Source of the DNA: an uncultured Acidobacteriota bacterium
GTDB taxonomy: Bacteria > Acidobacteriota > Vicinamibacteria > Vicinamibacterales > Fen-181
Length of the DNA: 64,000 bases
Assembly: GCA_963717945.1 (NCBI GenBank)
Contig: CAVQXT010000003.1
Coordinates: 385,880 to 449,879 of the forward strand
Direction of reading: 5' to 3'
In this document: positions 21,474 to 29,630 of the stretch, piece by piece
Numbering within the stretch: position 1 is the first letter of the stretch
Layout: each line of letters starts with the position of its first letter
The notes under the pieces: model-generated
Database searches by the model: none
What the model was told of the DNA's origin: nothing
What the model saw: the letters and a program-made list of their open reading frames with translations, nothing else
Translations under genes and position numbers: made by a program

Positions 21474-22232
21474 ATGGCGCAGCGTCTGATCGTCGGCTTG
21501 ATGATTCTCTCCGTCGCGTTCGCCGTATCTGCGTGCGGCAGACCCGCACCGGCCCCCGCCGGCCAATCCGCGGCGGCCGCTCCGCCCCAGCCGTCGGCGG
21601 ACACCGCCGCTCGCATGGCCGGTCACTTCGGCAAGGTCCGTGAGCTCGAGGAGGCGGTCATTCGCGGCGACCTCCAGTCCGCGAAGGCGGCCGGCCTGTG
21701 GATTGCCGACCACCAGGAGACCGCGGGCCTTCCGGCCGGCACGGAGAGCTACGTGACGGCGACGAAGGACGCCGCCAGAGCGGTGGCCGCCTCATCGTCG
21801 CTGGGCAACGCCGGCGTGGCCGCCGCGTTCGCCGTTGCCGCGTGCGGCGAGTGCCACGCTGCGGCCAAGGTCACGCCGAAGATGCCCGAGGTGAACGCGC
21901 CGCCGACGTCCACGGGTGGCGCGGCGCTCATGCGCGCGCATCAGTATGCGGTAGACCTCATGTACCGCGGGATGGTCGGACCGTCCGAGACCCTGTGGAA
22001 ACAGGGGGCCGAAGCGTTGAAGGGCTCCCCGCTCAGGGACAAGGACCTGGCGAAGGTCGCCAAGGAGATCGTCGCTTCCGAAACGCGTGTCCACGAGCTC
22101 GCCGGGCGTGCTGCCCAGGCGGCGGACGCCGGGTCGAGGATTGCGGTCTACGGGGAGCTGATCGGCGGCTGCGCCAGTTGCCATGCGATGCACGGCAGGG
22201 TGTTCGGGCCCGGGCTGCCGAAGTCCAGCTGA
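21474..22232 (+). CDS. di-heme lipoprotein, tandem cytochrome c-prime/class II-like modules
   Basis: Lipobox MAQRLIVGLMILSVAFAVSAC. Two CxxCH motifs (CGECH and CASCH) each sit at the C-terminal end of a helical segment of about 115 aa. GGGAGG lies upstream of the ATG. Confidence 0.8.
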   Translation: MAQRLIVGLMILSVAFAVSACGRPAPAPAGQSAAAAPPQPSADTAARMAGHFGKVRELEEAVIRGDLQSAKAAGLWIADHQETAGLPAGTESYVTATKDAARAVAASSSLGNAGVAAAFAVAACGECHAAAKVTPKMPEVNAPPTSTGGAALMRAHQYAVDLMYRGMVGPSETLWKQGAEALKGSPLRDKDLAKVAKEIVASETRVHELAGRAAQAADAGSRIAVYGELIGGCASCHAMHGRVFGPGLPKSS

Positions 22233-22255
22233 TCTCCTCAGAACCGGCGACTGAC

Positions 22256-22672
22256 ATGCCCTCGCGCCTTATCGTTCTTCTGCCGCCCCTGCTGGTCGTG
22301 GGCGCTCGCAACCCGCCCAATCCGCCGCCTCCCATCGGCACATGCCGAGACGAGCCGGGCAAGAGAGGCGTCGTCGTGTTCATCCGGTGGTCGACTTCGC
22401 GGACCGACCTGGCTGTGTTGGACCGCTTGACCCTCATCGAGAACTTTCTCGAGACCCAGCTCTCCATTGCGAACTCCGAAGGCCAGCGAACGCGGGCCTT
22501 CCAGGCGATGCGGGAGAAACTCATGTATATGCAGGGCCCCGGTGGCAACTGGTGGGATTGGATCGTCGTCTGCTACGTGCCCGACCAAAGTCGAAACTTG
22601 ACACTGCTGGTCGAGAACCCTGAGCCTCGCGAAGGCCAGGCGCGACTTTCCGCCGTGCCGCTCGGGATGTAG
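22256..22672 (+). CDS. hypothetical protein
   Basis: In-frame tail of ORF 21698-22672 starting at ATG 22256: MPSRLIVLLPPLLVVGARNPPNPPPPIG...WWDWIVVCYVPDQSRNLTLLVENPEP. Composition is non-shadow and codon usage is visibly more A/T-rich than in the neighbours. No family recognised. Confidence 0.5.
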   Translation: MPSRLIVLLPPLLVVGARNPPNPPPPIGTCRDEPGKRGVVVFIRWSTSRTDLAVLDRLTLIENFLETQLSIANSEGQRTRAFQAMREKLMYMQGPGGNWWDWIVVCYVPDQSRNLTLLVENPEPREGQARLSAVPLGM

Positions 22673-22806
22673 AGGAGCTGCGTCGCCGGAGAGCCAATTC
22701 CCGCTCGCCATCTGACGCACTGCTCGCCTGTCCGGCTCGCGGCTTCTGGCTCACGGCCCCAGGCCGCCGCTACTCCAACTCCGAAAGTCCGCCACCTGGC
22801 GGGACA

Positions 22807-23520
22807 CTACCACGTCACTTTCGTCTGCACCTCGTTGCTCCAGTGCTGATTCTTGTCCTTCAGCATCACCCGGAGGAGCCAGTACGCCCCAAGCGCCTGT
22901 CCGCTCGGAGAGTACTTGACCCGAACCAGGCTGTGCGTCTGGTCGATCGCCTCGATCTTGTTCGTCTTGATCGAGTAGTAATCGAAACCGGGCAGCAGCT
23001 TGAAGCCCGAGCGCGTCACCCCGATATTGATCTCCTGTTTCTCTCCCAGGCTGCCCGGCTCGTGCTCGGCGTGAAACGTGAATTCAATCTGCGTAAACCC
23101 GTATCCGGTGACGCTCCGAACGATCTGAACATCGGAGATGAACGGCACCGGCTGGGCTACGATAGTCACCGTCTTGCGGACGAGTCCTTCCGGTGTCTGG
23201 AGGGAAACCGCCCGTTTGCCGACAGGGGCGTCCTTCGCCACCGCGACGTCCACCGTCCAGCACCGCTTCCCTTCCATGGCGGCGGTCTCTTTGATCTCGC
23301 CGATCGTGATGCCCTCTGCCGGCTCGAAGCGGACCGACTCCACCTGACTGATCTTGTCGCTTGCGACGATGAAGGGCATTGATTGCCCCCGCCCGATGCT
23401 GCCTGGGTCCCAGAAGTAAGTCTTCACTTCCTTCTGGGCCAGTGCCGTGTTCGTGGAGAGCAGCGTCGCGACCAGGATCCCGGAGAGCACGAGAGGTCGC
23501 CGGAGGCACCTGAATGTCAT
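22807..23520 (-). CDS. secreted hypothetical protein (beta-sandwich-like, two segments)
   Basis: Trimmed to the ATG at 23520, with AGGAGA upstream. The signal peptide is MTFRCLRRPLVLSGILVATLLSTNTALA. Composition is Lys/Ile/Thr-rich, unlike the shadow ORFs. No family recognised. Confidence 0.7.
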   Translation of the reverse strand: MTFRCLRRPLVLSGILVATLLSTNTALAQKEVKTYFWDPGSIGRGQSMPFIVASDKISQVESVRFEPAEGITIGEIKETAAMEGKRCWTVDVAVAKDAPVGKRAVSLQTPEGLVRKTVTIVAQPVPFISDVQIVRSVTGYGFTQIEFTFHAEHEPGSLGEKQEINIGVTRSGFKLLPGFDYYSIKTNKIEAIDQTHSLVRVKYSPSGQALGAYWLLRVMLKDKNQHWSNEVQTKVTW

Positions 23521-23550
23521 GAGGTTCTCCTGATCTGGAATCACACGTGT

Positions 23551-23742
23551 TTAGCGCGGCGAACCACGACGCACGTCGTTCTGCACTGCGGGCTTCACGA
23601 ACGCGAGGAGTGCTTCCCAGTGGTCCAGCGACAGCAACACGCTGGCCGCTTCCACGTTATGGCGGGAACTGCCGGTATGACCCTCTCGCGCCATGACGCG
23701 CATCAGGGCCTCGAGGTCGGGCTTCTTGCTCCAGAAGGCCAT
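23551..23742 (-). CDS. small hypothetical protein (63 aa)
   Basis: ATG at 23742 with GGAGG 6 nt upstream. The sequence MAFWSKKPDLEALMRVMAREGHTGSSRHNVEAASVLLSLDHWEALLAFVKP... is helical. It ends 30 nt upstream of the next gene on the same strand. Confidence 0.5.
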   Translation of the reverse strand: MAFWSKKPDLEALMRVMAREGHTGSSRHNVEAASVLLSLDHWEALLAFVKPAVQNDVRRGSPR

Positions 23743-24042
23743 TTGCACCTCCGGGCGCGAAGACGGCGAGAGGGGACGTTCGAGTTTGCAGAAACTCCCC
23801 CTGTATACGCCCGCCAACCGGTTGAGTCAATGGAGCGTCGGGGGGCGCGGCCCCGCGAATCCAGATTGTGCGCCGGTCATCCCTGCTCGTACGCCTGCTT
23901 CAGGACGCCCACGTCCATCTTGTTCATTTGATGGTGTCCCTCACCTCCTCTGACCTGCCCGGCCAGCGTTGAACGACTCCTCCATACCAGTTCCTCGTTC
24001 GGCCGTTCTCTCGTGAACGGCGCGCCGCGGGGTCCGCCCCGC

Positions 24043-25011
24043 TCACGCCCCGGCTTCCCGGAACTGCACCGGCAGCCGGATCGCGTTGGCGGCGAGCCAG
24101 CCGTCGAAGTCGAGGAGCGCGGGGTTCAGCGAGCGCGACAGGCGCGTGTCGCGCAAGCGCAGGAACTCATCACCCAGCATGGCCTGGAACTGGAACATGT
24201 TCGCCAGGTCCTCGGCGCCAGGGAAGCCCAGGCCGCGGTAGGTGTCGAAGGGCACGTCCTCGAAGGTGACCGTGCGCCCGAGCGCGCGCCCCATCTTCGC
24301 CGCCATCTCCCCGCCGGTCAGGCATTCGCCGGCGATCCCGTAGCGCCGCCCGACCGCCGAGGGGCCCCTGCGGAACACGCCGTAGGCGCACTTGCCGATG
24401 TCTTCCGCCGAGATGCCCGGCAGCCTGGCGCCGCCGAGCGGCAGCGAGAGCACGAGGTTCCCGTCCGGCCCCTTGCGCGGCCCCATGCCGAAGCCGATGA
24501 AGTTGTCCCAGTAGAACGCGGCCAGCAGGTAGGAGGTCGGAGCCGCTTCCTCGGCGAAGACGTGGTCCACCTGCCCCTTGGAGTCGAAGTGCGGCACCTT
24601 GAACTCGCCCTGCAAGGTCGGCAGGCGAGCGTCGCCGGTCGGCACCCACCGGCGCGTGTCCTCGAGCGTGGACCAGACGACGTGCTCGACGCCCGCGGCA
24701 CGAGACGCCCGGGCCATGTTCAAGGCCTGACGGCCTTCGCGCTCCGCCGAGAGGTGCTCCCAGAAGTTGGTGACCGAGAACACGCCGTAGGCGCCGGCGA
24801 AAGCCCGCTCGAGGCTCGACGGCTTGTCGGCGTCGCCCTGCACGACCTCGACGCCGAGCGCGGCGAGCGCGCGGGCCTTCTCCGACTCGGGTCGGCGCGT
24901 GACGGCGCGCGCGCCGAACGGACCCCCGCGGTCGGCGGCGATGGCGCGAACGAGCCCTCCGCCCTGCGCTCCGGTGGCCCCAATCACGGCGATGACCTTC
25001 TTCTCGGACAT
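24043..25011 (-). CDS. NmrA-family NAD(P)-binding protein
   Basis: MSEKKVIAVIGATGAQGGGLVRA (Rossmann GxxGxxG) followed by ...KVPHFDSKGQVD...FYWDNF..., typical of NmrA/HSCARG-like proteins. Trimmed to the ATG at 25011, with GAGGAGG upstream. Confidence 0.88.
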   Translation of the reverse strand: MSEKKVIAVIGATGAQGGGLVRAIAADRGGPFGARAVTRRPESEKARALAALGVEVVQGDADKPSSLERAFAGAYGVFSVTNFWEHLSAEREGRQALNMARASRAAGVEHVVWSTLEDTRRWVPTGDARLPTLQGEFKVPHFDSKGQVDHVFAEEAAPTSYLLAAFYWDNFIGFGMGPRKGPDGNLVLSLPLGGARLPGISAEDIGKCAYGVFRRGPSAVGRRYGIAGECLTGGEMAAKMGRALGRTVTFEDVPFDTYRGLGFPGAEDLANMFQFQAMLGDEFLRLRDTRLSRSLNPALLDFDGWLAANAIRLPVQFREAGA

Positions 25012-25254
25012 GAGAGATCCTCCTCGGCGTCGGCGAGCCGTCGTCCGCGCGGCCTCACCCGGGCAGGCGAAGGCGCTGACAGAACGCACTGCCGCCCCTA
25101 TTTCCTCGAAGGTGCGGCAGCCGGGAGATCTGAGAAAGGAAACCCTGGCTTTAGTATAGAGCCGTTCCACTAGCGGCCGCGTGAGGCTGGGCTGGTCGCC
25201 GCGTACGGCTGAGGAAACGATCGTGGCAGCAGCCGAGAGCCCGGTTCTGCGGAG

Positions 25255-27057
25255 TCAGCGGCCGATCTTCGGCCCCCCTTCGACTCGCGTCAGCGGAAAT
25301 CCCCGAATCAAGTCCGGCTTCTTCAGCCCGTCGATCTGCTCCACCACGTTGAGGTCGTAGTCCACGACGCTGACACCGCGCTCGCCGACCGCGAAGAAGA
25401 TGCGGCCGTCCGGCTGGAACAGGACCTCCGTGGCCGGCGGAAACGACTTCAGCTTCTTCAGCGGTGCCGGCTGGTAGACGTCGAGTCCCTCCTTCGCCAC
25501 TACCAGTAGCAGGCCGAAGTTCGGCTCGTACCGCACGGTCGCCTTCGGGAACTGCGCCTCGGCGAGCAACGCGCCTTTCTCCATGTCGAACACCAGCATC
25601 TTGTTGAGTCCGATCGAGAAGAGACGCTCCCCGTTCGGCGCCAGCCACAGGGGCCGGGGCCCGAACACGCCGACAGGTCCCGTTGCGACCTTCAGCGGGT
25701 TCGTGAACGTCTTTGTCTCGACGACGGTGACGTCCGCCGTCACATCGTTGAACACGTAGACGAAGTTGCCGCTGGGCGAGAAGGCCATGTTCTGCACCGC
25801 GAGGGGAACCGTCGCCGTTGAACCGATGCCCGGCACCCCGGTCAGCTGATACTGTGCCTGGCTGAGCGTCTGAGCTGTCACGGCTGCCAGCGCCAGCAGC
25901 ATCTTCTTCCCTTCCCGCCCGCTCGTGAAGCGGCCGACCTGCCGCTTGCTCTCCAGGTCCACCACCACAACCGCATCGTCGATCTTGTTCACATAGAGGC
26001 GCGCCTGCGACGGGTCGAGCATAATCTCCCGGAACGTTCCAGGCGGAGGCAGCTTGGCGATCTCCGCGAGCGTTCGGGCATCGACGACGACACACTCCTT
26101 GCTGGAGCAGACGATCAGCCGGCCGGTCCTGCCGTCGAGCGCGGCGCCCTCGGCGACCGGGATGGACGCGGTCCGCACCACGCGCCCGTCCTCCACGAGC
26201 GAGAGCTGGCCCTGCTTCTTGGTCTTCCCAGCCATGAAGTAGCGGCTCGCCTCGCCGGTCGGGACAAACAGCAGCAACTCGTCACCCGCCGTGAGGAGAT
26301 CGCCGGAGAGCTTCCCGTCCGCGCCGACGACCGCGACGTGGTTCTCGAGCTCGAGGTACCGAAAATCCTGTGTGGCGGCGTCGTGCCACCGCACGGGAGC
26401 GGACGGCAGGGGGATCTTCTCGACGGCGCCGCTGGACATGTTCAACACGGCCATTTCTGGCGCAACCGGTGTCCCCATCTGGAAGCCGCCGCACGGGATG
26501 AACATGCGGTCGCCGACCGTCCAGGGTTCCAGCGGCGCGGACGTCAGCGGCACCTGGGCCACCGAGCGCCCCGTCGCGACCTCGAGCAGCGACACCATCG
26601 GCGTGATCTGCTTCTTCTTGTTCCTGCTCATTTGCCCCAGGCTGACGGCGACGATCCGGGCGTTGTCGGCGGTAAACGCGAGGAACTGCGGCCGGAAGGG
26701 GACCTCGTGGCGCGCGGCGATCGTGTAGTCGGCGGCGCGCACCAGCGTGACGTGGCTCGTGCTCCCCGGCTTCGGCCAGTACTCGTCGAGGACGCTCAAT
26801 AGGAACTTCCGGTCCGTTTCGCCGCGGCTGGCCACCGCCAGCAGCGTGCCGTCAGGGGATCGGACCACCGTGGTGACCTCGGCTCCGACCTCCAGCCTGG
26901 CCTTCACGTGTGGTCCCGGGTCCACGAGGACGACAGCTTCCGTCCCGCCTGTCACCCACCACTCCTGCGGCGGCGGCGCGTCCGCCGCGTGACCGGTGGC
27001 GACCAGCAGGAACGCGAGAAGGGTGGAACCGATAGGCCGGAGAGTCCGTGCGAGCAT
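25255..27057 (-). CDS. secreted beta-propeller repeat protein (YVTN/lactonase-like)
   Basis: Trimmed to the ATG at 27057, with GGAGG upstream. The signal peptide is MLARTLRPIGSTLLAFLLVATGHA. Repeated beta-strand blades are present (e.g. VVRSPDGTLLAVAS, FSPSGNFVYVFN, LAPNGERLFSIG). Confidence 0.75.
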   Translation of the reverse strand: MLARTLRPIGSTLLAFLLVATGHAADAPPPQEWWVTGGTEAVVLVDPGPHVKARLEVGAEVTTVVRSPDGTLLAVASRGETDRKFLLSVLDEYWPKPGSTSHVTLVRAADYTIAARHEVPFRPQFLAFTADNARIVAVSLGQMSRNKKKQITPMVSLLEVATGRSVAQVPLTSAPLEPWTVGDRMFIPCGGFQMGTPVAPEMAVLNMSSGAVEKIPLPSAPVRWHDAATQDFRYLELENHVAVVGADGKLSGDLLTAGDELLLFVPTGEASRYFMAGKTKKQGQLSLVEDGRVVRTASIPVAEGAALDGRTGRLIVCSSKECVVVDARTLAEIAKLPPPGTFREIMLDPSQARLYVNKIDDAVVVVDLESKRQVGRFTSGREGKKMLLALAAVTAQTLSQAQYQLTGVPGIGSTATVPLAVQNMAFSPSGNFVYVFNDVTADVTVVETKTFTNPLKVATGPVGVFGPRPLWLAPNGERLFSIGLNKMLVFDMEKGALLAEAQFPKATVRYEPNFGLLLVVAKEGLDVYQPAPLKKLKSFPPATEVLFQPDGRIFFAVGERGVSVVDYDLNVVEQIDGLKKPDLIRGFPLTRVEGGPKIGR

Positions 27058-27265
27058 GGGACCTCCAAGGAAGGAAGACGCCCACGACCTGGCTGATGCT
27101 GCGGCAGGTGACGCCCGAGCGGGTGAACCGGCGCCATCATACACCCCATCCGGCATGGTGTCTTGCCGGCCCCCGTTCAACCCGTCGACCGGCCGCACCT
27201 CCGCCCTTCCCTCCCGGACGAGGGGGTTCGTCAACGCCACCATCACCGCGGCCTGTCCAGGCCTT

Positions 27266-27673
27266 TCAGCTCGCCGGCTCGCAGTTCACAATCCACGGAA
27301 TGCCGAACCGAGCGACCGCCATCCCGAAGCCGGGGGACCAGAAGGTCTTCTGGAACGCCATGGTGACCTTGCCCTGTCCGCTCAACGCCTTGAAGATGCG
27401 TTCCGCCTCCGCGACGGCGGTCACGCTGATCGAGACGTTGAACCCATTCGGCGCGCTGTAATGCGGCGGCGGCGCGTCGGAACCCATCAGCGCCGTGCCG
27501 GCGATGACCAACTGCGCGTGAATCACCTTGTCGCGCCAGTCGGCCGGCACCCGGTCCTTCATGGGCGTCTCGCCAAAGGTCTGCATCGTGGTCTTGCCGC
27601 CGAAGATCTGCTCGTAGAACTTGAATGCGGCCGCGCACTGGCCGTTGAAGTTCACATAGGGGTTCAGTGTCAT
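27266..27673 (-). CDS. VOC/PhnB (YjdN-like) family protein
   Basis: MTLNPYVNFNGQCAAAFKFYEQIFGG...HAQLVIAGTALMGSD...FWSPGFGMAVARFGIPWIVN. The ATG is at 27673 with AAGGA upstream. An alternative GTG lies at 27685. Confidence 0.85.
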   Translation of the reverse strand: MTLNPYVNFNGQCAAAFKFYEQIFGGKTTMQTFGETPMKDRVPADWRDKVIHAQLVIAGTALMGSDAPPPHYSAPNGFNVSISVTAVAEAERIFKALSGQGKVTMAFQKTFWSPGFGMAVARFGIPWIVNCEPAS

Positions 27674-27896
27674 GGTGTCCTTCACCTTCTTTGGCCTGCC
27701 CAGTCAGCGTTGAAGGACTCGGACCCTCTTCGAACGGCCCGCGGGGCAGACACGTTGGCCTCTGGTCCCGCAACCGCAGGCCGCACCTGCCGGCGCCGCC
27801 GCCGATGAGCTGGATGAACGGGATCCCTACTCACCAGATTAGCAAGACGAGCGCGGCATACAATATCCGCACCCCTTCATTCGTCTACATCGGTAG

Positions 27897-28481
27897 ATGG
27901 ACAACGCGGCGGGCCTGGAGCCGATGGCACTCGACAGGGACCGGCGGATCTCGGAAGTGGTCGAGCGGGAGCAGTCCCGGCTGCGCCGCTTCATCCGCCG
28001 GCGGGTGCCCGACCCGCGCGACGTGGACGATGTCCTGCAGGACGTCTTCTACGAGTTGGTCGAAGCCAACCGCCTGCTGATGCCCATCGACCACGTCACC
28101 GGCTGGCTGTTCCGCGTGGCGCGCAACCGCATCACCGATCTCTTCAGGAAGAAGACGCCGGTGAGCTTGAGCGACGTCGTCGTCGTGGACGAGGGCGACG
28201 AACGGCTGCGCGTCGAGGACCTGCTGCCGTCGCCCGACGCGGGGCCGGAGGCGCTTTACGCCCGCGCGGTGCTGCTCGACGAGCTCGAGCGGGCGCTCGA
28301 CGAACTCCCGGCGGAGCAGCGCGAGGTGTTCGTCGCGCACGAGCTCGAAGGGCGCAGCTTCAAGGAGATGGCGGCCGAGACCGGGGTGAGCGTGAACACT
28401 TTGCTTTCGCGCAAGCGCTACGCGGTGCGGCACCTGCGCGAACGGCTGCAGGAGATTTACGACGAGTTCACGAAAGACTGA
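27897..28481 (+). CDS. ECF-type RNA polymerase sigma factor
   Basis: Region 2 (DVDDVLQDVFYELVEA...GWLFRVARNRITDLFRKK) and region 4 (LPAEQREVFVAHELEGRSFKEMAAETGVSVNTLLSRKRYAV). Confidence 0.88.
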   Translation: MDNAAGLEPMALDRDRRISEVVEREQSRLRRFIRRRVPDPRDVDDVLQDVFYELVEANRLLMPIDHVTGWLFRVARNRITDLFRKKTPVSLSDVVVVDEGDERLRVEDLLPSPDAGPEALYARAVLLDELERALDELPAEQREVFVAHELEGRSFKEMAAETGVSVNTLLSRKRYAVRHLRERLQEIYDEFTKD

Positions 28482-28491
28482 GGGACTGAAC

Positions 28492-28854
28492 ATGACAAGA
28501 ACAATGAAACTGATCATCCTGGCCCCGCTCGGGATCGTGGCCGTCGCGGTCTTCATCACCGTCGGCGGGGTGGTCGTCCAGTGGCTGTGGAACTGGCTGT
28601 TGCCGCCGATCTTCGGCTGGCGCCAGGTCACCTTCTGGCAGGCCGTCGGGATGCTCGCGCTCTGCCGGATCCTCTTCGGCGGGATCGGCCGCCACGGCTG
28701 CCACCACCACTCGGGGGACGGCTCTCGCGTCGGCGGCCGCTGGGGACGGATGACCCCCGAGGAGCGGGAACGGTTCCGGCAGCGCGTGCGCGAGATGTGC
28801 GGGTTCGGCCCGTCCACGAGCGAACCCAAGGCGCCGGAGCGATCCGATGCGTGA
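28492..28854 (+). CDS. small membrane protein with His/Cys-rich cytoplasmic tail, candidate cognate anti-sigma or sensor partner
   Basis: Starts 10 nt after the sigma gene stop. It has two TM helices, then GRHGCHHHSGDGSRVGGRWGRMTPEERERFRQRVREMCGF, which contains an LTxxQ-like MTPEE motif. Confidence 0.65.
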   Translation: MTRTMKLIILAPLGIVAVAVFITVGGVVVQWLWNWLLPPIFGWRQVTFWQAVGMLALCRILFGGIGRHGCHHHSGDGSRVGGRWGRMTPEERERFRQRVREMCGFGPSTSEPKAPERSDA

Positions 28855-28890
28855 CCGTATTCTCTCCCGGCGCCTCGACGGGGTGAGGGT

Positions 28891-29301
28891 TCAGGTCTCC
28901 GCCCGCTCCCAGTCCTCGACCTTGAGCCCCGCGACCCGCGAGAACTCTCGAAGGTTGTGCGTGACGAGCGTGAGGTTGTGGGCGAGAGCGGTCGCCGCGA
29001 TGAGCAGATCGTTCGGACCGATGGGCCTGCCAGCGGCCGAGAGAGACGCGCGCAGTGCTCCGTACTGCTCCGCGCACGCATCGTCGAACGGGAGGGAGAC
29101 GAGGGGCGCGAAGAAGGCGGCGAGGAGTCGCAGGTTCTCGGCCACGCGAGCGCTCCGGCGAGCCCCGTAGAGCAGTTCGGCGCGGGTAATCGACGATATC
29201 CGGATCTCGGACGGCGCCTGGCGTCGCAGGCGCGCGATGAGCGGCTCGCACGAGCCGTTCAGCACCCGGATGCACGCGTTGGTGTCGAGGAGATACGTCA
29301 C
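28891..29301 (-). CDS. vapC: PIN-domain toxin VapC
   Basis: The GTG at 29301 gives VTYLLDTNACIRVLNG...ISSITRAELLYGA...IGPNDLLIAATALAHNLTLVTHNLREF, with the PIN acidic residues D6, E and D. The start overlaps the vapB stop as GTGA. Confidence 0.9.
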   Translation of the reverse strand: MTYLLDTNACIRVLNGSCEPLIARLRRQAPSEIRISSITRAELLYGARRSARVAENLRLLAAFFAPLVSLPFDDACAEQYGALRASLSAAGRPIGPNDLLIAATALAHNLTLVTHNLREFSRVAGLKVEDWERAET

Positions 29302-29522
29302 CAGCGCTCCCGCTCTTCGAGGCGGCCCTGCGGCGGACGGATCAGGCGTCCACCCTTCCAGCCGCCGGCAACCCGTTTGAAGAAATCCTCGGGCCAGCCG
29401 AGGTCGACGTCCCGGCGAATGAGCTCGGCGAGGTAGCGCGAGACCGGCACGCCGCGGGCCCTGGCGCGCGCCGCGATGCGCGCCGCGAGAGGCTTGGGGA
29501 CGTAGGTGTGGAGTTGTGGCAT
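29298..29522 (-). CDS. vapB: VapB-type antitoxin (ribbon-helix-helix-like)
   Basis: The ATG at 29522 gives MPQLHTYVPKPLAARIAARARARGVPVSRYLAELIRRDV... (74 aa), with a 4-nt overlap onto vapC. Confidence 0.85.
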   Translation of the reverse strand: MPQLHTYVPKPLAARIAARARARGVPVSRYLAELIRRDVDLGWPEDFFKRVAGGWKGGRLIRPPQGRLEERERW

Positions 29523-29534
29523 GGCCGTCACCCT

Positions 29535-29562
29535 CACATATATGTGGACTATGTGCATTGTA
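29535..29562 (-). promoter_or_regulatory. vapBC promoter -10 box and palindromic operator
   Basis: The minus strand reads TACAAT (29562-29557), followed by the perfect 12-bp palindrome CACATATATGTG (29535-29546), just upstream of the vapB ATG. Confidence 0.55.
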
Positions 29563-29609
29563 ACACGGCGCGGGCAATCACAAGGGTCGGGGGCAACCAC
29601 CAGGCGAAC

Positions 29610-29630
29610 GGGCGACCACAAGGGTCGCCC
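29610..29630. repeat. REP-like GC hairpin (GGGCGACC-n5-GGTCGCCC)
   Basis: An 8-bp perfect stem immediately after the GH15 stop. A partial second copy of CACAAGGGTCG lies at 29579-29589. The same GGCGAC/GTCGCC stem core recurs in the 12542 hairpin. Confidence 0.6.

Noticed and set aside
20574-21713. ORFs 20574-21125(-), 20837-21298(-) and 21144-21713(-) as possible genes in the repeat region.
   Set aside because: They are Arg/Pro/Gly-rich with no hydrophobic core pattern, overlap each other in different frames, and their only similar segments coincide with the DNA repeats. I treat the region as noncoding or decayed.
23877-23927. 16-codon ORF (MNKMDVGVLKQAYEQG) as an annotated gene.
   Set aside because: It is too short to support from sequence alone, and the Shine-Dalgarno spacing (about 13 nt) is long. 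It is mentioned only as a possible leader in a finding.
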